DNA of 58,174 nt, counting the filler, from Sphacelaria rigidula (Eukaryota), in assembly GCA_964200075.2 (NCBI GenBank). It is 8 parts of 8 records of this genome, joined end to end, with 100 filler letters (N's around TTAATTAATTAA, not from the genome) between each part and the next. Parts side by side here need not be neighbours in the genome. Positions count along the whole stretch, not along the records: positions 36,425 to 43,608 come from CAXNAA020016084.1; positions 43,709 to 50,891 come from CAXNAA020016085.1; 6 more parts are not named here. One strand, 5' to 3'. Positions 37,983 to 50,630 of the stretch are shown in pieces. Under the pieces are notes generated by a model. The model saw only the letters and a list, made by a program, of their open reading frames with translations, had not been told where the DNA came from and made no database searches. Each line of letters opens with the position of its first letter. The first letter of the stretch is position 1. The position numbers and the translations under genes were made by a program.

Positions 37983-40900
37983 GTGTGCAGTTGAAATCTA
38001 GCGAGGGTCGGACAAATGAATGATTCGTCTGAAAATCACTTGATTTTATTGTAGTTGATTCGTACCGTACGAATCAATCCTCTGGGACTTTGTTTTCAGC
38101 GTTGCACTCCGGGTACGCGCAGCCCAGGCATGTGGAATGGCGTCAAAGTTGCATGAAGACATCTTTGACCAGCGGTCGACTTTTTCTTTCTTTTCCGAGA
38201 AATCAGGCCTAAGAGATCGTGGAATTAGTGATTTGAATCGACGATGATTCGTTCGAACCGTGAATGCTAACACGCGCTCCCCCTGAACCACAGTGAAGCC
38301 TAGAACCGCTGCACACAGACGACAGACCCCGCTATGTACACTCAAACATGCCGGAATTGTGTTTTGAAGGATGTACCGACTGAAATTCGGGTATTTACAG
38401 AAGTATACAAATTATATTTTTTCTGTAAATATTAGGGATGTGTACGGATAAAACCGTGGTTTTACGGATTGAAGACTGTAGCGTCAGAACAAAAACAAAA
38501 CATGAAGAAAAAAAAAGCGGAAACACGAAAAAGTAAGCGCCAAGGAGGCACTTCATCCGCGCAGATTCCGCTTCGGACGGATTCATAGTGCGGCTCCTGC
38601 TACGGATTCACAGCGAAATCCGCGGCGAAATTTTCACGGATTTCAAAAACTGCGCCCTTTTTTTTTTTTTCAAATAGCTCCTGAGGGAGGAAGACGATGT
38701 ATTTTGCAACGCGAACACGCTAATTCGATTCCTCTCGTCAGCATATATTTTTTTTTGCCCTTTTTTGGCCTCGAATTCGTTTTACTGTTGATCTCACAGC
38801 ACAAAAACAAAAAAACGCGATTTCCTCCGTACAAATCCCTGGTGAAGAGCCTTCCAAGCCATGCCAGATTGTTCGGAACAACACTCGATACCCTGCCGGA
38901 CCATATCGTGATGTTTGCTGCACAGTTCGGTATGCCGACCAGAAATTCCTCACTTCCGGGTGTACCTTACAGAACACCACGTTGCAAACGTCCGCATCTG
39001 GCTTTGAGCAAGTTGATGAGCCCAGGGTCCTCGAAGTCCTCGTCCTGTTCGCGCTTCCATCCAACCTTCCACCTCAAATACTGCACGTTGCCGCCGAGGG
39101 ATAGGTGCACAGGAGATTGTATACTTGTGAGAATGTCCGTGATTCGCACATAAAAGTACAAGTACCGAACACCGGGCCTTCGTCCTCGTGCTTTCTTTAT
39201 CAGGCCCAAGAGATATTTGGCACGTATCACAGGCCCAAAGGCCCGCCTGCGCGCTGGAAAAAGGGCAGCCCGTCTTGAAAGGCGGAGGGGAAGGAAGTGT
39301 ACAAATGTCTTTTGGGCCTAAAACGGAGATCACGAGGGGGGGGGCGTGGAGCTCGGTAGTTGTATTTGATACTCGAACCACGAGCGAAACCACCCACACG
39401 TATAGACATGATCTGGTTTACACACGGCTGCGGCGACGCACTTCCGATGCAGAGTTGGTTGTGTTCATTTGTTTTGTAACAGATACATGGGTTGTACAAG
39501 AATTTACATGGGTCGGCCGCGCAGCATTCGTGTACCCGTGTGCTGTACTACTGGAGCAACTCCCCCCCCCGTCCCCCCGTCCCTACAGTATCTGAGTGCG
39601 AAGATGGTGTGGTCGCGACCTCTCGGTGTCACACGAGCAGCTACGTGCTCGGTAAAAGATAGGCAACAATTCACACAATATAGGCTATGTCATCAGTGAA
39701 ACAGCTGGGAGGAACTTGCTTATTACTCTAGGCATTTCTGCTCTTGTCGTAAGACGGACTTGACTTTTTTGCTATATATATTTTTTTTTCAGCGAGTGTT
39801 TCCGGTTTTTTTTTTTTCTTGTCTTGGGTACATCCGCCATGTGACCACGGCTAGGACTCCCGAGGAGTCGGTTAATGTGCGACAATCAATCGAAATTATT
39901 CAATCGATCAATCAATCAACTAATGAGGCGTTTATTGTTCAGCAGTTCGGGGTCGGCCGTTCCATTCGCGATTGGTAGTGAGACGGCAACCATGCCTGAG
40001 CTACCAATGGCTCGAAAAACTTCGCCGTCGTGCCAATCGACGCCATCAACTCAAACCAGTTCTTAAGCATGAGCGACGGACCTCCTCGGCCGCAGCTCGT
40101 ACCAGTACCTTCTGGCCTCAGCGTTTCCTCTGCGGGTATGCTCAGCGAAATAGCTTCGGCTCGGTGGGCCACCATCGAGTCCATTCTGTCTCGGGGAACG
40201 TTGAGGATGGTGATGAGAACATGGCGTCACAGTACCGCGAGACTGGCTACCCACAACCGCGTCGTGAGAGTTTGCTACACCTGCCGTCCCTGGTTACTCC
40301 ACTATTTTCTCAGTCCAGCTACGGCTATCTGCGTACTGTAGCACTCACCGCTGCTGCATCCTCTTCTGTAACGCAACATACATCATTGCGGAGCGGTGCG
40401 TCGATACCCTCCACTCACTACAAAAAGGTTGAGCGCGATGGCGGCGCGCAGTTGCTCACGTTGAATATCTGCCTAACCAACGCGGACCATCTGCATATGT
40501 CGCACGTCATTATCTTACACGGTCACGGAGTTGCACACGACAGTTGAGATCCAGGTTGGATACTGTACCTAGCGTTGTACACCGTATATACTGTGCTACA
40601 CTGTTCACTACTGGCGTTGCACAGCTTACGCAGCTCCACCATTTAATCCAATTTACCCGTTTTGGTCTGTCAGACCCGTTAGTCTCTAGCTGCTAACCGG
40701 CGAAACGTGCTGTGTTGAGCGTTTTTCGTGGTCATCACATCGTTCCGGATTCCTGCGATGGTTGGCGATCTGGGGTCCATCATTTCCGACCCTGAGTACA
40801 TGCGGAACAGCAAGTGCCTTCGAACTATGGAGTACGCCGAAAGTTATCTGCGGTGCTCCGATGTATATAGTGACGGCACCCACCACTGTTGTTTCTCCTG

Positions 40901-41486
40901 CTCATCATCGCAGTTTTTGTGAAGACACCGGGACGAGGTCGGTCATTGATTCTCTCATCTGCCGAGCTATCTGTCTCTTGAACAGTCTCGTTTGTCTTTT
41001 TCTTCACCAACATATTCAATGGTCTGTACTGTTTGTGTCGTGGTAGGGTGGTCGTTAGTCAAGGCAGGAATTCAGTCCAGGGAACAGACAGTAGTGACAG
41101 TAGCCACATGCCACGAACTGACTCGTGCTTTTGAATATATCTAAATATGTATTGGACTGTACTTGTTCGCCGATGTATCTAACACGCTTTTGGAAGAAGA
41201 AGAAAAGACAGCGCCGTGATGTCACCTTTTCTATATACACGAATTCATGTTTTATATTTATATTATATATTTTCTCTTTATCCTGTATGTTCCCTCAGTA
41301 ACCTAAGTTATTCAGTACTAGGCTTTGAAATATCATTGCAAGGTGCCACGCTACAAAATCGTGATGGAATGTCGGGTCGTTTTTTTTGTGTTTTGTTTTG
41401 TTTTGTTTCATATATCCATTTATTACTTTATTTATTTCAATTTTGTGGTCTCTATTGTCTTGTCTTGTTTTTTTTCACTGTGGCAG

Positions 41487-41618
41487 ACGAAGGCGGAGGT
41501 GGACGAGCTCGCTAACCTCCCCGCACTCGGACGTCTGGGCGCAGAACCCTTGCACGGCGGACTCACACAAGCCGCTCGGGAGAGCACGCTCGCCAGATTC
41601 CGGTCGGGCCGTACCAAG
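41487..41618 (+). CDS. DEAD-box helicase exon (LHG..QxxR)
   Basis: CAG|TKAEVDEL...LHGGLTQAARESTLARFRSGRTK|GT; 132 nt, phase 0. Confidence 0.93.
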
Positions 41619-42492
41619 GTACATGTAGCAAAAACGACGATCGCAGAAATGAATATTAGTAGTAGTAATGCCGGCCCCCTCCTTCTCACGGTCCCCGGAC
41701 GTGGCGATGAATGATCCCACTCCGCACGTGCTAGTAGTCGATGCGTTTGTTGCCTGCAGAGGACAGCCGGATAGTCAAAATTGTCAAACAAATTTCGGGT
41801 TGGACGTGGATATTGACGGCATGACTGACACGCTCGACGTGAATGGGAGCGATCGAGTGGGGTTCACCCAGTGAGGGAGATGCTGACAGCGCCGTGATTC
41901 ACTGTCTATTGTCCCCGGCTGTAATAATGATGATGAACAACAGACAAGGTCCGGTTGTTGTTGTAGTTCACGCAATGGTGTTCTTGTGCATGCTATGATG
42001 ATTATCACCACCACTCCCCTACGTGGGTATGTAAGGCATGAATTCGCCGCAAGTGTTGTTTGAGGGCTCATGGCCGTTTCAATCCCCGCAAACATCGGAG
42101 GTACTGTCTGAGCGAGGTCCACCGTCGATGCTAAATGATAACACTCATCTATGCTGTGTGCACTACGTGTTCGCTTGAGCAGTATTGTAAGCGCTAGGGT
42201 TCGCGGATGTCGTGTGGAGCATCATGGGGATCTGAGTCTTTCACTCGGGAATGATGAAACCTCGTGGGTGTCGTCTACACAGGGGACCGGAATGTTGGAA
42301 AAGTCGTTGGAGTGATGGGAACGTACTCTACCCTACAGCAGACATGATCACTTTATTGAAGTGGTTTTATGTCGTTGCCGTTGACCAACGATTTGATGCG
42401 ATATGGTTTTGTTGATTCCCCCATGTATGCTACTCGTAGCCACCACGGACAATGTTTTCTTTGCGGTTAATACACTGATTCTCCCGCACTGA

Positions 42493-42962
42493 GGGTACTT
42501 ATATGTTTGACAGAATAATTATTGTTGAAAAGTACATTTTTGACCCTTCTCAATTGTTTTTTGCCTGAAAAGAGTGCAAGCCGGATGCTGACACCTTAGA
42601 ATTACTTCCTGTGCTCCTTGAGACGGTTCCAGAGCACCTTTGCGTTTTCCGTAAGTCACAGTTTTGTTTTTGACCAAACTTGCATTTTCAATAACGAACG
42701 GTCAACTTATAAAAAAAATAGGGTGAAAACTGCCATTTTTCTGATAACTTGACTGTTTGTTATTGAAAATGCAAGTTTGGTCAAAAGCAAAACTGCGACT
42801 TGCGGGGAACGCAAAGGTGCTCTGGAACCGTCTCAAGGAGCACAGGAAGTCATTCCAAGGTGTCAGCATCCGCCTGGCCCTATTTTCGGACGAAAAACGA
42901 TAGAGAAAAGCCAAAAATGTACTTTTCAGTAAGATTTACTTTTCTATACATAGGAAGTAGCC
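42493..42962. mobile_element. Foldback MITE, Harbinger-like (470 bp)
   Basis: ~220-bp inverted arms (e.g. CTTCCTGTGCTCCTTGAGACGGTTCCAGAGCACCTTTGCGTT and its reverse complement); TGA TSD at 42490-42492 and 42963-42965. Confidence 0.85.
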
Positions 42963-43933
42963 TGAAGACCCTTGATTATGCGCCAAGTTTTCGGATCTTG
43001 GTGGAGGAAGAGGCACAGGAAAAAAAAGGATGCGTCAAGATTTTGGTGATGGATAATGGTAAATAGAGTAGGCGTGAAAGGATGTCAGATTGACACTGGC
43101 TCGGCAGGGTTTGACTTACAGAGAACTGACGTTACAGTAGAAGCCAGTACAACCAGCCCTGAATTTTACTTTCGAATCTGTCGCACAAGTGTCATGATCC
43201 ATAATCAGGACCAGTTGCGATGATGCTTGTATTCAGGTGAAATCTGGTGTGTCCCTCGACGTCGGGTCTGAATCAAAGGGCTGACGCAATAGTTGACAAT
43301 GAAAGTAGCATCCGCCGTCGATGGGGTGTCGATCATTATACTTGTGGATGATATATTTGTGTGGTGCTATAATAGTGCGATTGCCGGTCGTGGTGATCTC
43401 TTCTCGTGGTGGCGTGCTCTGGACGGCGTGTGGTTCCATGACTCGAGGCCGAAGAACTACGTCACGGTGTATTAATATAGTACTTCTTCTGTCCCATAAG
43501 TCTGTATCGTTATGGACGTTTAATCGTGTGGGTATTTCAATGCTCACGATCATGCTACAGTTGGGCTCGTTAGAGAGATGACGTACAGACGAAGCTGACT
43601 GAGAAAAANNNNNNNNNNNNNNNNNNNNNNNNNNNNNNNNNNNNNNNNNNNNTTAATTAATTAANNNNNNNNNNNNNNNNNNNNNNNNNNNNNNNNNNNN
43701 NNNNNNNNCCGGTCGAGGAACTCTCCTACCTCTTTCGCGTGCGCATCGGGCTTTCCCACCGAAAAAAGGTGGGGGAATGCAGCCGCCCCCCCCCCCCCCC
43801 CCCATAAATTATCACCCTGAACAATGAAATCATCTGACATTGCACATCCATTCCCGACTCTCTAATCGCGCTTCCCCCACCTCCCTTCTGTCCTCCCCCT
43901 CCCTGGACCTACGATGCATGCGTATTTGCACAG

Positions 43934-44095
43934 CCTCCGCTCCTATTCTTTCTTCTCGCAATAGCGTCGCAACCATGGGACGATGTCACGGTGCTGACGG
44001 CTGCGTGGAAAATGACGTCCATCAACCCCACCTTTGCCGCTTTGGAGGCCATGGCGAAGAGCGGGCTTTTGGGAACAAACGTTCGGATGCTGCGG
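43934..44095 (+). CDS. Orphan internal exon, unknown protein
   Basis: Pyrimidine-rich upstream, CAG acceptor, 54 open codons PPLLFFLLAIASQPWDDVTVLTAAWKMTSINPTFAALEAMAKSGLLGTNVRMLR, GTGAGT donor. Confidence 0.5.
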
Positions 44096-44544
44096 GTGAG
44101 TGAGGAGGGCAAGAACAAGCGCAGATGCGATGCAGTTGGGTTACAGTAGACCAAGTCTGAGACACACTCCCTCTTGCATTGATAGGTTGATTGATTGAAT
44201 GATTTGGTTGGTTATCGCACTTCCTTGATTCTCGACATACCCCAGCTTCTGTCGGGACAACGTATACCGTGACATGGAGTCAAGGCTTCTGATCGCGATG
44301 GGCATACTGCCGTGACATGGACGTCGCCGATACCACATAAGCACATATTCATGATGAGATATTTTATATGGGTTCTACATTCGTTTTTTTTAAACATTTT
44401 CGATACGGAGACTCATTTTAATCTTTTGATTGATTTTGACGATTGATTTTGATTGTCGCACTTGAAGTGACCACCCATGGGTCCAGTCGTGGTCGCATGA
44501 TAGACGTACACAAGGAGAGCAAAACCGAAACGCTTTTTTTCTTT

Positions 44545-44760
44545 TAATTCGACTCGACGGTCGACCAGGGAAAGGGACTGCTGAACCCCTCTTGCGTTAA
44601 AAAATAAAGGCAAGCACCGCAGAAGAAAGATGGGGTATAAAAAACAAANNNNNNNNNNAAGCTCCTGTGTTGACATTCCTCCTGTGTGACCCCGGCTGAT
44701 GCGCCCACGTATACCGAAAGGTGTAGACCGGCGTCCAGAATAAAGGGGACGACAACACAA
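44545..44760 (-). repeat. Interspersed non-coding repeat of a kind I recall as abundant in brown algal genomes
   Basis: Minus strand GTCCCCTTTATTCTGGACG..GGGCGCATCAGCCGGGGTCACACAGGAGGAA..GTCGACCGTCGAGTCGAATT; recognised from memory, single copy here. Confidence 0.5.
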
Positions 44761-45929
44761 AACACGCGCTCAAGAAAAGAATAAACAGGGAAAAGTCGAA
44801 CAGAGTGGCATTGTAGACTGAGAAAAAATAAATAAGCGAAAGCAAAGCACAGAGACATGACCGACCTGACAAAAAAAGGGAAAAAATAAAACAGGAAAGG
44901 AAATCACTCTCCGCTCTCGTTTTAGTATATTCGACGTGCAAAGTGCGTGCTAGGGAGCGTCCCGTATCATCTATAATCCGACAAACTTGAAATCAGAATA
45001 TGGCGTTTTGTTGAATAAGCGGTGACCGTCTTGCATGCCCAACTCAGGCGTTTGCGACGAGTTTCAAATCAAAGCCGACTGTTGATCCTTCGCATGCCCA
45101 GTCGCTACAAGGCGGCCGCCCGTTTTTCGGGGAGGCGGGGGGGAGGGGTACTTGTTCGTTGCTCACGTCAGTATTTTGAACATTCACCACGCATCCCTTT
45201 CGAGACGGAGCACCGTTCCTACTCCCAGTAGACACCTCCAACATTTAGGTGCTCATCACGTTTGTTCCACACGTTACACAGAAACGTTCGCCATCTCTCA
45301 TCCCCGTCCTGTTCCGCCGTCTGTGGCCACCATCTATCTATCTCCTAGTATAGCCTTCGTTTTTTCGCTACTGTCTAATGCATCAAACGATTTCATGCCA
45401 CCGTCGTTCACGTCCCGTATTTGCCCCTCTAGCACGTCCCGTTCCTCCCTGTATGGTTCACATTCTGCCACTAAATGACTTCTGTTCTCAATTGCTTTGC
45501 CACAGGGGCAACTTCAGGCATCTACTTTTTCCTCCTTTCGACTACTGGTATATCTCTTTCTTCTTTCTGGCAGGTCCAGGTCCCCCCCCCTGAAATAACA
45601 GTTTCAGATTTTTCGCCTCCCCCATTAGGCCATTCAAATATGCTCTCATCCCTCTTCCTTCTCTCAATCCCCCGTATATCTTCAGGTGTTCTTGCACGTC
45701 TACTTTGCGTCTGAGCGCTCATTTTCCCCTTATTCCGACCATTTATCTCATTGTTTTGTACCCCGCACCTTCACCTATCGACAGTATTCCGTCTTGGTTT
45801 ACTCCGACCCCTCTCCATACTTTGTCGACTTCTTTATCCCACCTCATTCCTGCCCGCCCAATTCGTAATTTTCTTCCATGTGGCCTGATGAACTATAGCT
45901 GGCAATCCCCTTCTCTGCATGTTCTTTAA

Positions 45930-46047
45930 CTCTTTTGGAACACACTGACGATTCTTGTCGATGTGAATCGGCATCATTTTGACATGAAAATGACTGATAA
46001 TGATACCGATTCACAAAAATAGAAATCGTCAATGGGTTCCAAAAGGG
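45930..46047. mobile_element. 118-bp piggyBac-type MITE inserted in the LINE
   Basis: TTAA|CTCTTTTGGAACACACTGACGATT ... AATCGTCAATGGGTTCCAAAAGGG|TTTA; absent from the homologous LINE position (~23150). Confidence 0.8.
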
Positions 46048-46779
46048 TTTAGCTATATTGTCACCGCAATATTCTCATTTCTCTGTTGGCTCTAGGTGAG
46101 TACATTCCCGAATCCGCTGTCAATGCTGTATTACTCGCCGTTTTCGACCTTCCAAGTATTTTCTTGGCTCTGCCATCTGTACTTCCTCCAACGTTTTCGT
46201 CATTTTCACGTTCCCCTCCCATATTTCTCATGCATATCCCAGCTTTGGTACGATCACGTTCATCAGGATACATCTCTTAATCCTAGTGTCTAGGTGCCGG
46301 TCTCTGAGGATCACGTCCATCCTGTCTATCTGTGCATTACCTTTTTCTCTTAATTTGTTGATGTATGCATCCCAAGAAAGATTGTTGAGATATCTACGCC
46401 AAGGTATGTATACTGGTCTACGATCGGCAGTTCCTCTCCTCCCCACTTCAATTTGAACTCCACCAGATTTTTCTTATCTTCGTTACAGGCGAGTACCGCG
46501 TCTTTGTGAACGTTCGCTGCCACTCTCCATTTCCTAGTGTATTTTAGCGTCTTGTCTATTACTTTCTGTGATCCTTCTACTGTTCCTGAAATCTCTACAA
46601 AATCATCCACGAACATCAATCCTGAAACCATATCTTCACCCACCTTGACTCCTGGCTTCGCTGCTTTCGTTGCTAATATCAAGTCATTGATGAACACCTT
46701 GAACAAAGTCGGTGATAATGTACACCCTCGTGCAACTCCTTGCAAAATATCAAACCATTTCGATATTTCCCCGTCCAGC

Positions 46780-46968
46780 TTCCCCGTTGTACTCGGGGGA
46801 GCTACTTCTCACCGGCTTTCGTAGCGTCTCTCTTCTTATTTATATTTTTGGCAATATGTCTTGTAAGGAATAGCAGGGACGGTATTGGAAAGGCGAGGTT
46901 ACGTCTGTGACCACGGGTTTGCGGGATCGGACTAATGTGCGGAAATAATAATAAAAGTAATAATAAAT
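46780..46968 (+). mobile_element. Short retroposon (SINE-like) 3' fragment with (AAT)n tail inserted in the LINE RT
   Basis: Interrupts LINE homology; ends GCGGGATCGGACTAATGTGCGGAAATAATAATAAAAGTAATAATAAAT. Confidence 0.55.
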
Positions 46969-48339
46969 AGCACCGTAGGACGTTTGGCACATTCTGACAT
47001 CTTCTTCACCATTCTGCACATCTTTCCCATGATCCAGGTTTCCCACAACGTATTTCACAGCCCATTTCTTCATTCTGCGTCATGGCCCTTTGCACGCCCA
47101 GAACAAAACAGTACGTTATCAGCTCGGTGTCGTTCCTGCCCTGAATAATCTTACCTAGTGTGTACACATCGTCTACGCGACAACGGTTTGGTCTAAACCC
47201 TGCTTGCCCCTCGCTGATTTTTCCCTCCTTTTCTAGCATCGTTTCTGCTCCATCGTTCAGAATCCTGTAGAATGTTTTTCATACTGTGCTTGGTAGCGTC
47301 ATCCCTCAATGATTTCCTGGGTCAGCCTTGTCCCTCTTTTTGAAAAGATTGGCGGCTACTCCTTCTTTCCACCTCTCGGGTGTGTACTCGTTTTCCCTGA
47401 TCCAGTTATACAGCATAACCATCATGGTAATTATTCCTCCCCCCCGTACTTTAGAAATTCATACACTATTTCGTCTGCTCCTGCTCTTTTCCTATTCTTG
47501 AGTTTAGCTGCGCACTCCTTTCGGTTATCTCTGGTAAACCCTCTCTGCAATTATTTCGAGCTTAGATTCTCCCGTTTCGACGTTTCTACATCTGACTCTG
47601 CTCACGCGTTGATTTTCTTTCCGATTTCTATGCCAAACTTCGTGGCTGTTTTTGGTGTTTCTAGTTTACGGTAGTGCTCGACTAGCGGGTGTCTCTTCCC
47701 TTCCGAACTACTGGCCATTTTACAATTCTGTGCCCGTAGTGTGGCTATCCCCTTGTCCATATTTCCTGCCTGTTTCCCGTTATCCCTTTTATCCCTACCC
47801 GCATTTTGTTTATCCCGCCACCGAAATCTCCATCCCTTTTGTTCACTAGATCTTCCCATACTCTGTTCTTTTTCTGCTGCCGTATATTTTTCACTTCCTT
47901 TCGAGCTTTAGTAAACTCCTCCCATCCTGCCGTAGTTTTACTCGATATCCATCTCGCGTGAGCTTCTCTCCTTGCTCGTATAGCCTCTTTTACTTCTTCA
48001 TCCCATCACTTTACTGCTCTGTTGCATACGATCAGTTTATTCTACATGTTCCTGGGAGGAGGGGGTGGTGGGGTGTACTCATGATCGTGTGTGCCGCAGT
48101 CATAATATTGTCATTGACCTCGCATCCCTACAAAGCCGGGACCGAGCACGCCGAGGTTTCGCCGGACCAGGCTCGTAATCAATCGCCAAGTGTGAAGAGC
48201 CCTGATGTGTTCGGCGAGTCACATGAGGGGTGAGCTGCATCCTGCAAAGAATGCAAGGACAGGTCGGGCAGCGTGTACGTAATGCTCGGTATTTTGAAAG
48301 GCCATGCTCTTAGTACCCAAGCATTTGGGTAGCGCATTG

Positions 48340-50470
48340 ACATCGTATCCAATCTACCCAAAATTAAGGTAGGAGGATATTTCAGATCGTGCCAAGCATA
48401 CCCAATTTTTGGGTAGAGTATTGAGATTGAGACATACCCAAGGGATACGCCATGCCCACGTACTGATGAGAGTACTTAGGTAGATTATTTAAAGTAGTGC
48501 TCAATCTACCCAAAATGCGGGTGGAGTATTTTACGCCGTACCCAATTCACCCGAATTTCGGGCAGGGTATTCCAAGGTCGTGTCCTGTAGGGTACGGTTT
48601 TCTGTGTACCACGGGTATTTTGCCGGGTGTTTACCATACCCGATAGTTCCGTAAACTATGTAAGGTTTCCACACCGGTACCCGACAGTTCTGTAATCTCT
48701 GCAAGACCTTCGTACCCGTACCCGATGGTTCTGTGAGTTCTGTGAGCCTCCCGTACCGTTACCGGGGGGCACCGGTATGCTGTTGATAATATACGCGGTT
48801 GCGGGTACGGTTTTCTGAACAACCTCCATAACCTACCCGAAACTTTCTGTGAGCTCTGTACGAAAACTTCACCCTAACCCGAGGGGCAGGTATACCCTAA
48901 AAGAGTTACCTGATTGCCGGTACCGGTTTTCTGTGAGTCTCCCGTACCGTACCCGTCAAGTTCTACAGTATAATTTCTGTAAGAGTTTCATACCGGTATA
49001 CCCGACAAATCTGTAACCTCTTTAATAATTTTATGCCGGTACCCGACAGTTCCGTAAGTTCTGTAGGGAATCTCATGCCCTACAGAGCGTACCCGTACCT
49101 TACAGAACACAAGCTTGGAGTATTCAAGGTTGTACCCAATTTTCCCCAAGGGTTGGGCAAAGTATTTGACTTCGTACCAATCTAAGAACCAAAATTTGGG
49201 GAGAGTGCTTGATGTCGTACCAGACCTACCCAAAATGTGGACAGAGCATTTGAGGTCGTACCTCAAAATGCCCAGTATTTGGGCAGGGCATTCGAGGCCG
49301 TACCCAATCTACACAAAGCTTGGGTAAGAGTAATTTCCTGGGTGTTCTACCCCAGTGTTCAAAGTGCATGCTCTACCCAAACGACCCTCGGCTTTGTTTT
49401 TGTCGAAAACATGCGGAGAAAAGGTGTGACAGGGCACCTGACTCTCATCTTGCAGACAACCACGTCAGATACCTCCCATTCACGGAACCATGTGAACTCC
49501 GCACAACTCATTCTCAGCTACCACCGCAACCCTGCGGCATAGAGCACGAGTTGGGCACAGGTAAAGATACACTGTAGAAGTCGGGTATGATGTGTTTTTT
49601 GTCGGTGACAACTCGAGCACCTTCTTTCATGGCAGGGATTGGCGACAGAACTGCGTGGTAATGTGAAAGGCCGACGTGCGTACACTCATGGATAGTGAAC
49701 GCAGTACAAAGCTACGCGCTGTTTAGGTCCTTTTCACGTCGCACTGTGAGCCGAGAGTACAGATGGTCCTGGGCTGTCTGCACTGCGCGTTGCCTGCTTC
49801 TTTTTTACTACTGTGCGAATTACGCACACATTCAGGTCCACTGTATGCATACAACGCACACAGTGCAGTACAGTAGTAGTGTAGACAAGCGAACACGTAG
49901 CGCTTCACGAAATATACTTTTATTTCGATCAAAAGCTTGCAAGTTCGCTCGGACCCAACTCGCGAGAAATGAACGAATTAGCTGAAATCAATTCCACCCA
50001 GTTTCTGCACGATCGAAAAATATTGTGCGAAGCATTGGGTAAAGCATTGAAATCGTACCCAATATCTACCAAAATTCTACGCAAGAGTTTTTCAGGTCGT
50101 ACCCGACATACCCAAATTTTGGGTAGAGTATTGAGTTCATACCCAAGTGATAGCTCCATCCCCAGGTCATGCTGCTCACCCAATATTTAGGTATGGTCTT
50201 TGAGGTCGTGTCCAATCTACTCAATAATTCGGTAGAGAAACTGAGGTCGTACCCAACCTACCCAAAGTTCGGGTAGAGTATTGAGATCATACCCACGTGA
50301 TAAATCTATACCCAGGTATTGCTGAGAGTGCTTACTCAAAATTTTGGTGGAGTATTTGAGGCCGTACCCAATATACCCACAATTCGGGTGGAGCATTTGA
50401 GACCGTACCCAATCTACCCAAACCTTGGGTGGAGTAAACATCCGGATATTTTACCCAAGTATCCAAAAGT
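48340..50470. repeat. Degenerate ~40-bp tandem arrays (GTACCCAATCTACCCAAAATTTGGGTAGAGTATTGAG-like) at 48340-48570, 49120-49370 and 50030-50470
   Basis: Recurrent TACCCAA..TTGGGTA mini-hairpin units. Confidence 0.8.
48573..49117. mobile_element. hAT-type MITE (545 bp) with internal GTACCCG repeats, nested in the array
   Basis: TIRs CAAGGTCGTGTCCTGTAGGGTACGG / CCGTACCTTACAGAACACAAGCTTG; 8-bp TSD GGGTATTC vs GAGTATTC. Confidence 0.78.
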
Positions 50471-50539
50471 GCATACCTTACCTAACCTGCCCTTCAAAAA
50501 TTGTTTGGCCTGAATCGTACTGATTATCTTACATACATG

Positions 50540-50630
50540 GATGGGAGCCTCCGATGAGTTTCTTACTCCTTATTCTGGTATCTCCACTTCCAGAGACAGC
50601 CACGGCTTTTACACTGTCTCATGGGTGGCT
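50540..50630 (+). repeat. Interspersed repeat, second copy at 50994-51080
   Basis: TTCTGGTATCKCCACTTCCAGAGACAGCCACGGCTTKTACACTG shared by scaffolds 7 and 8. Confidence 0.8.

Larger units (their letters stand above)
45060..48050 (-). mobile_element. Decayed RTEX-like LINE, copy 2, with two nested insertions
   Basis: EGQAGFRPNRCRVDDVYTLGKIIQGR, QGVARGCTLSPTLFKVFINDL, LMFVDDF, DQYTYLGV; 3' end shared with ~22400. Confidence 0.9.

Noticed and set aside
19208..41618. petC + lipocalin + DEAD helicase as a gene cluster
   Set aside because: They lie on different scaffolds joined only by size order
48195..48232. Hammerhead ribozyme at CCCTGATGTG..CACATGAGGG
   Set aside because: Only a simple hairpin; lacks the CUGANGA/GAAA core. 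Other CTGANGA sites I checked also lacked a proper stem II + GAAA
48340..50470. CRISPR array
   Set aside because: Degenerate contiguous units, no unique spacers, no cas genes, eukaryotic context
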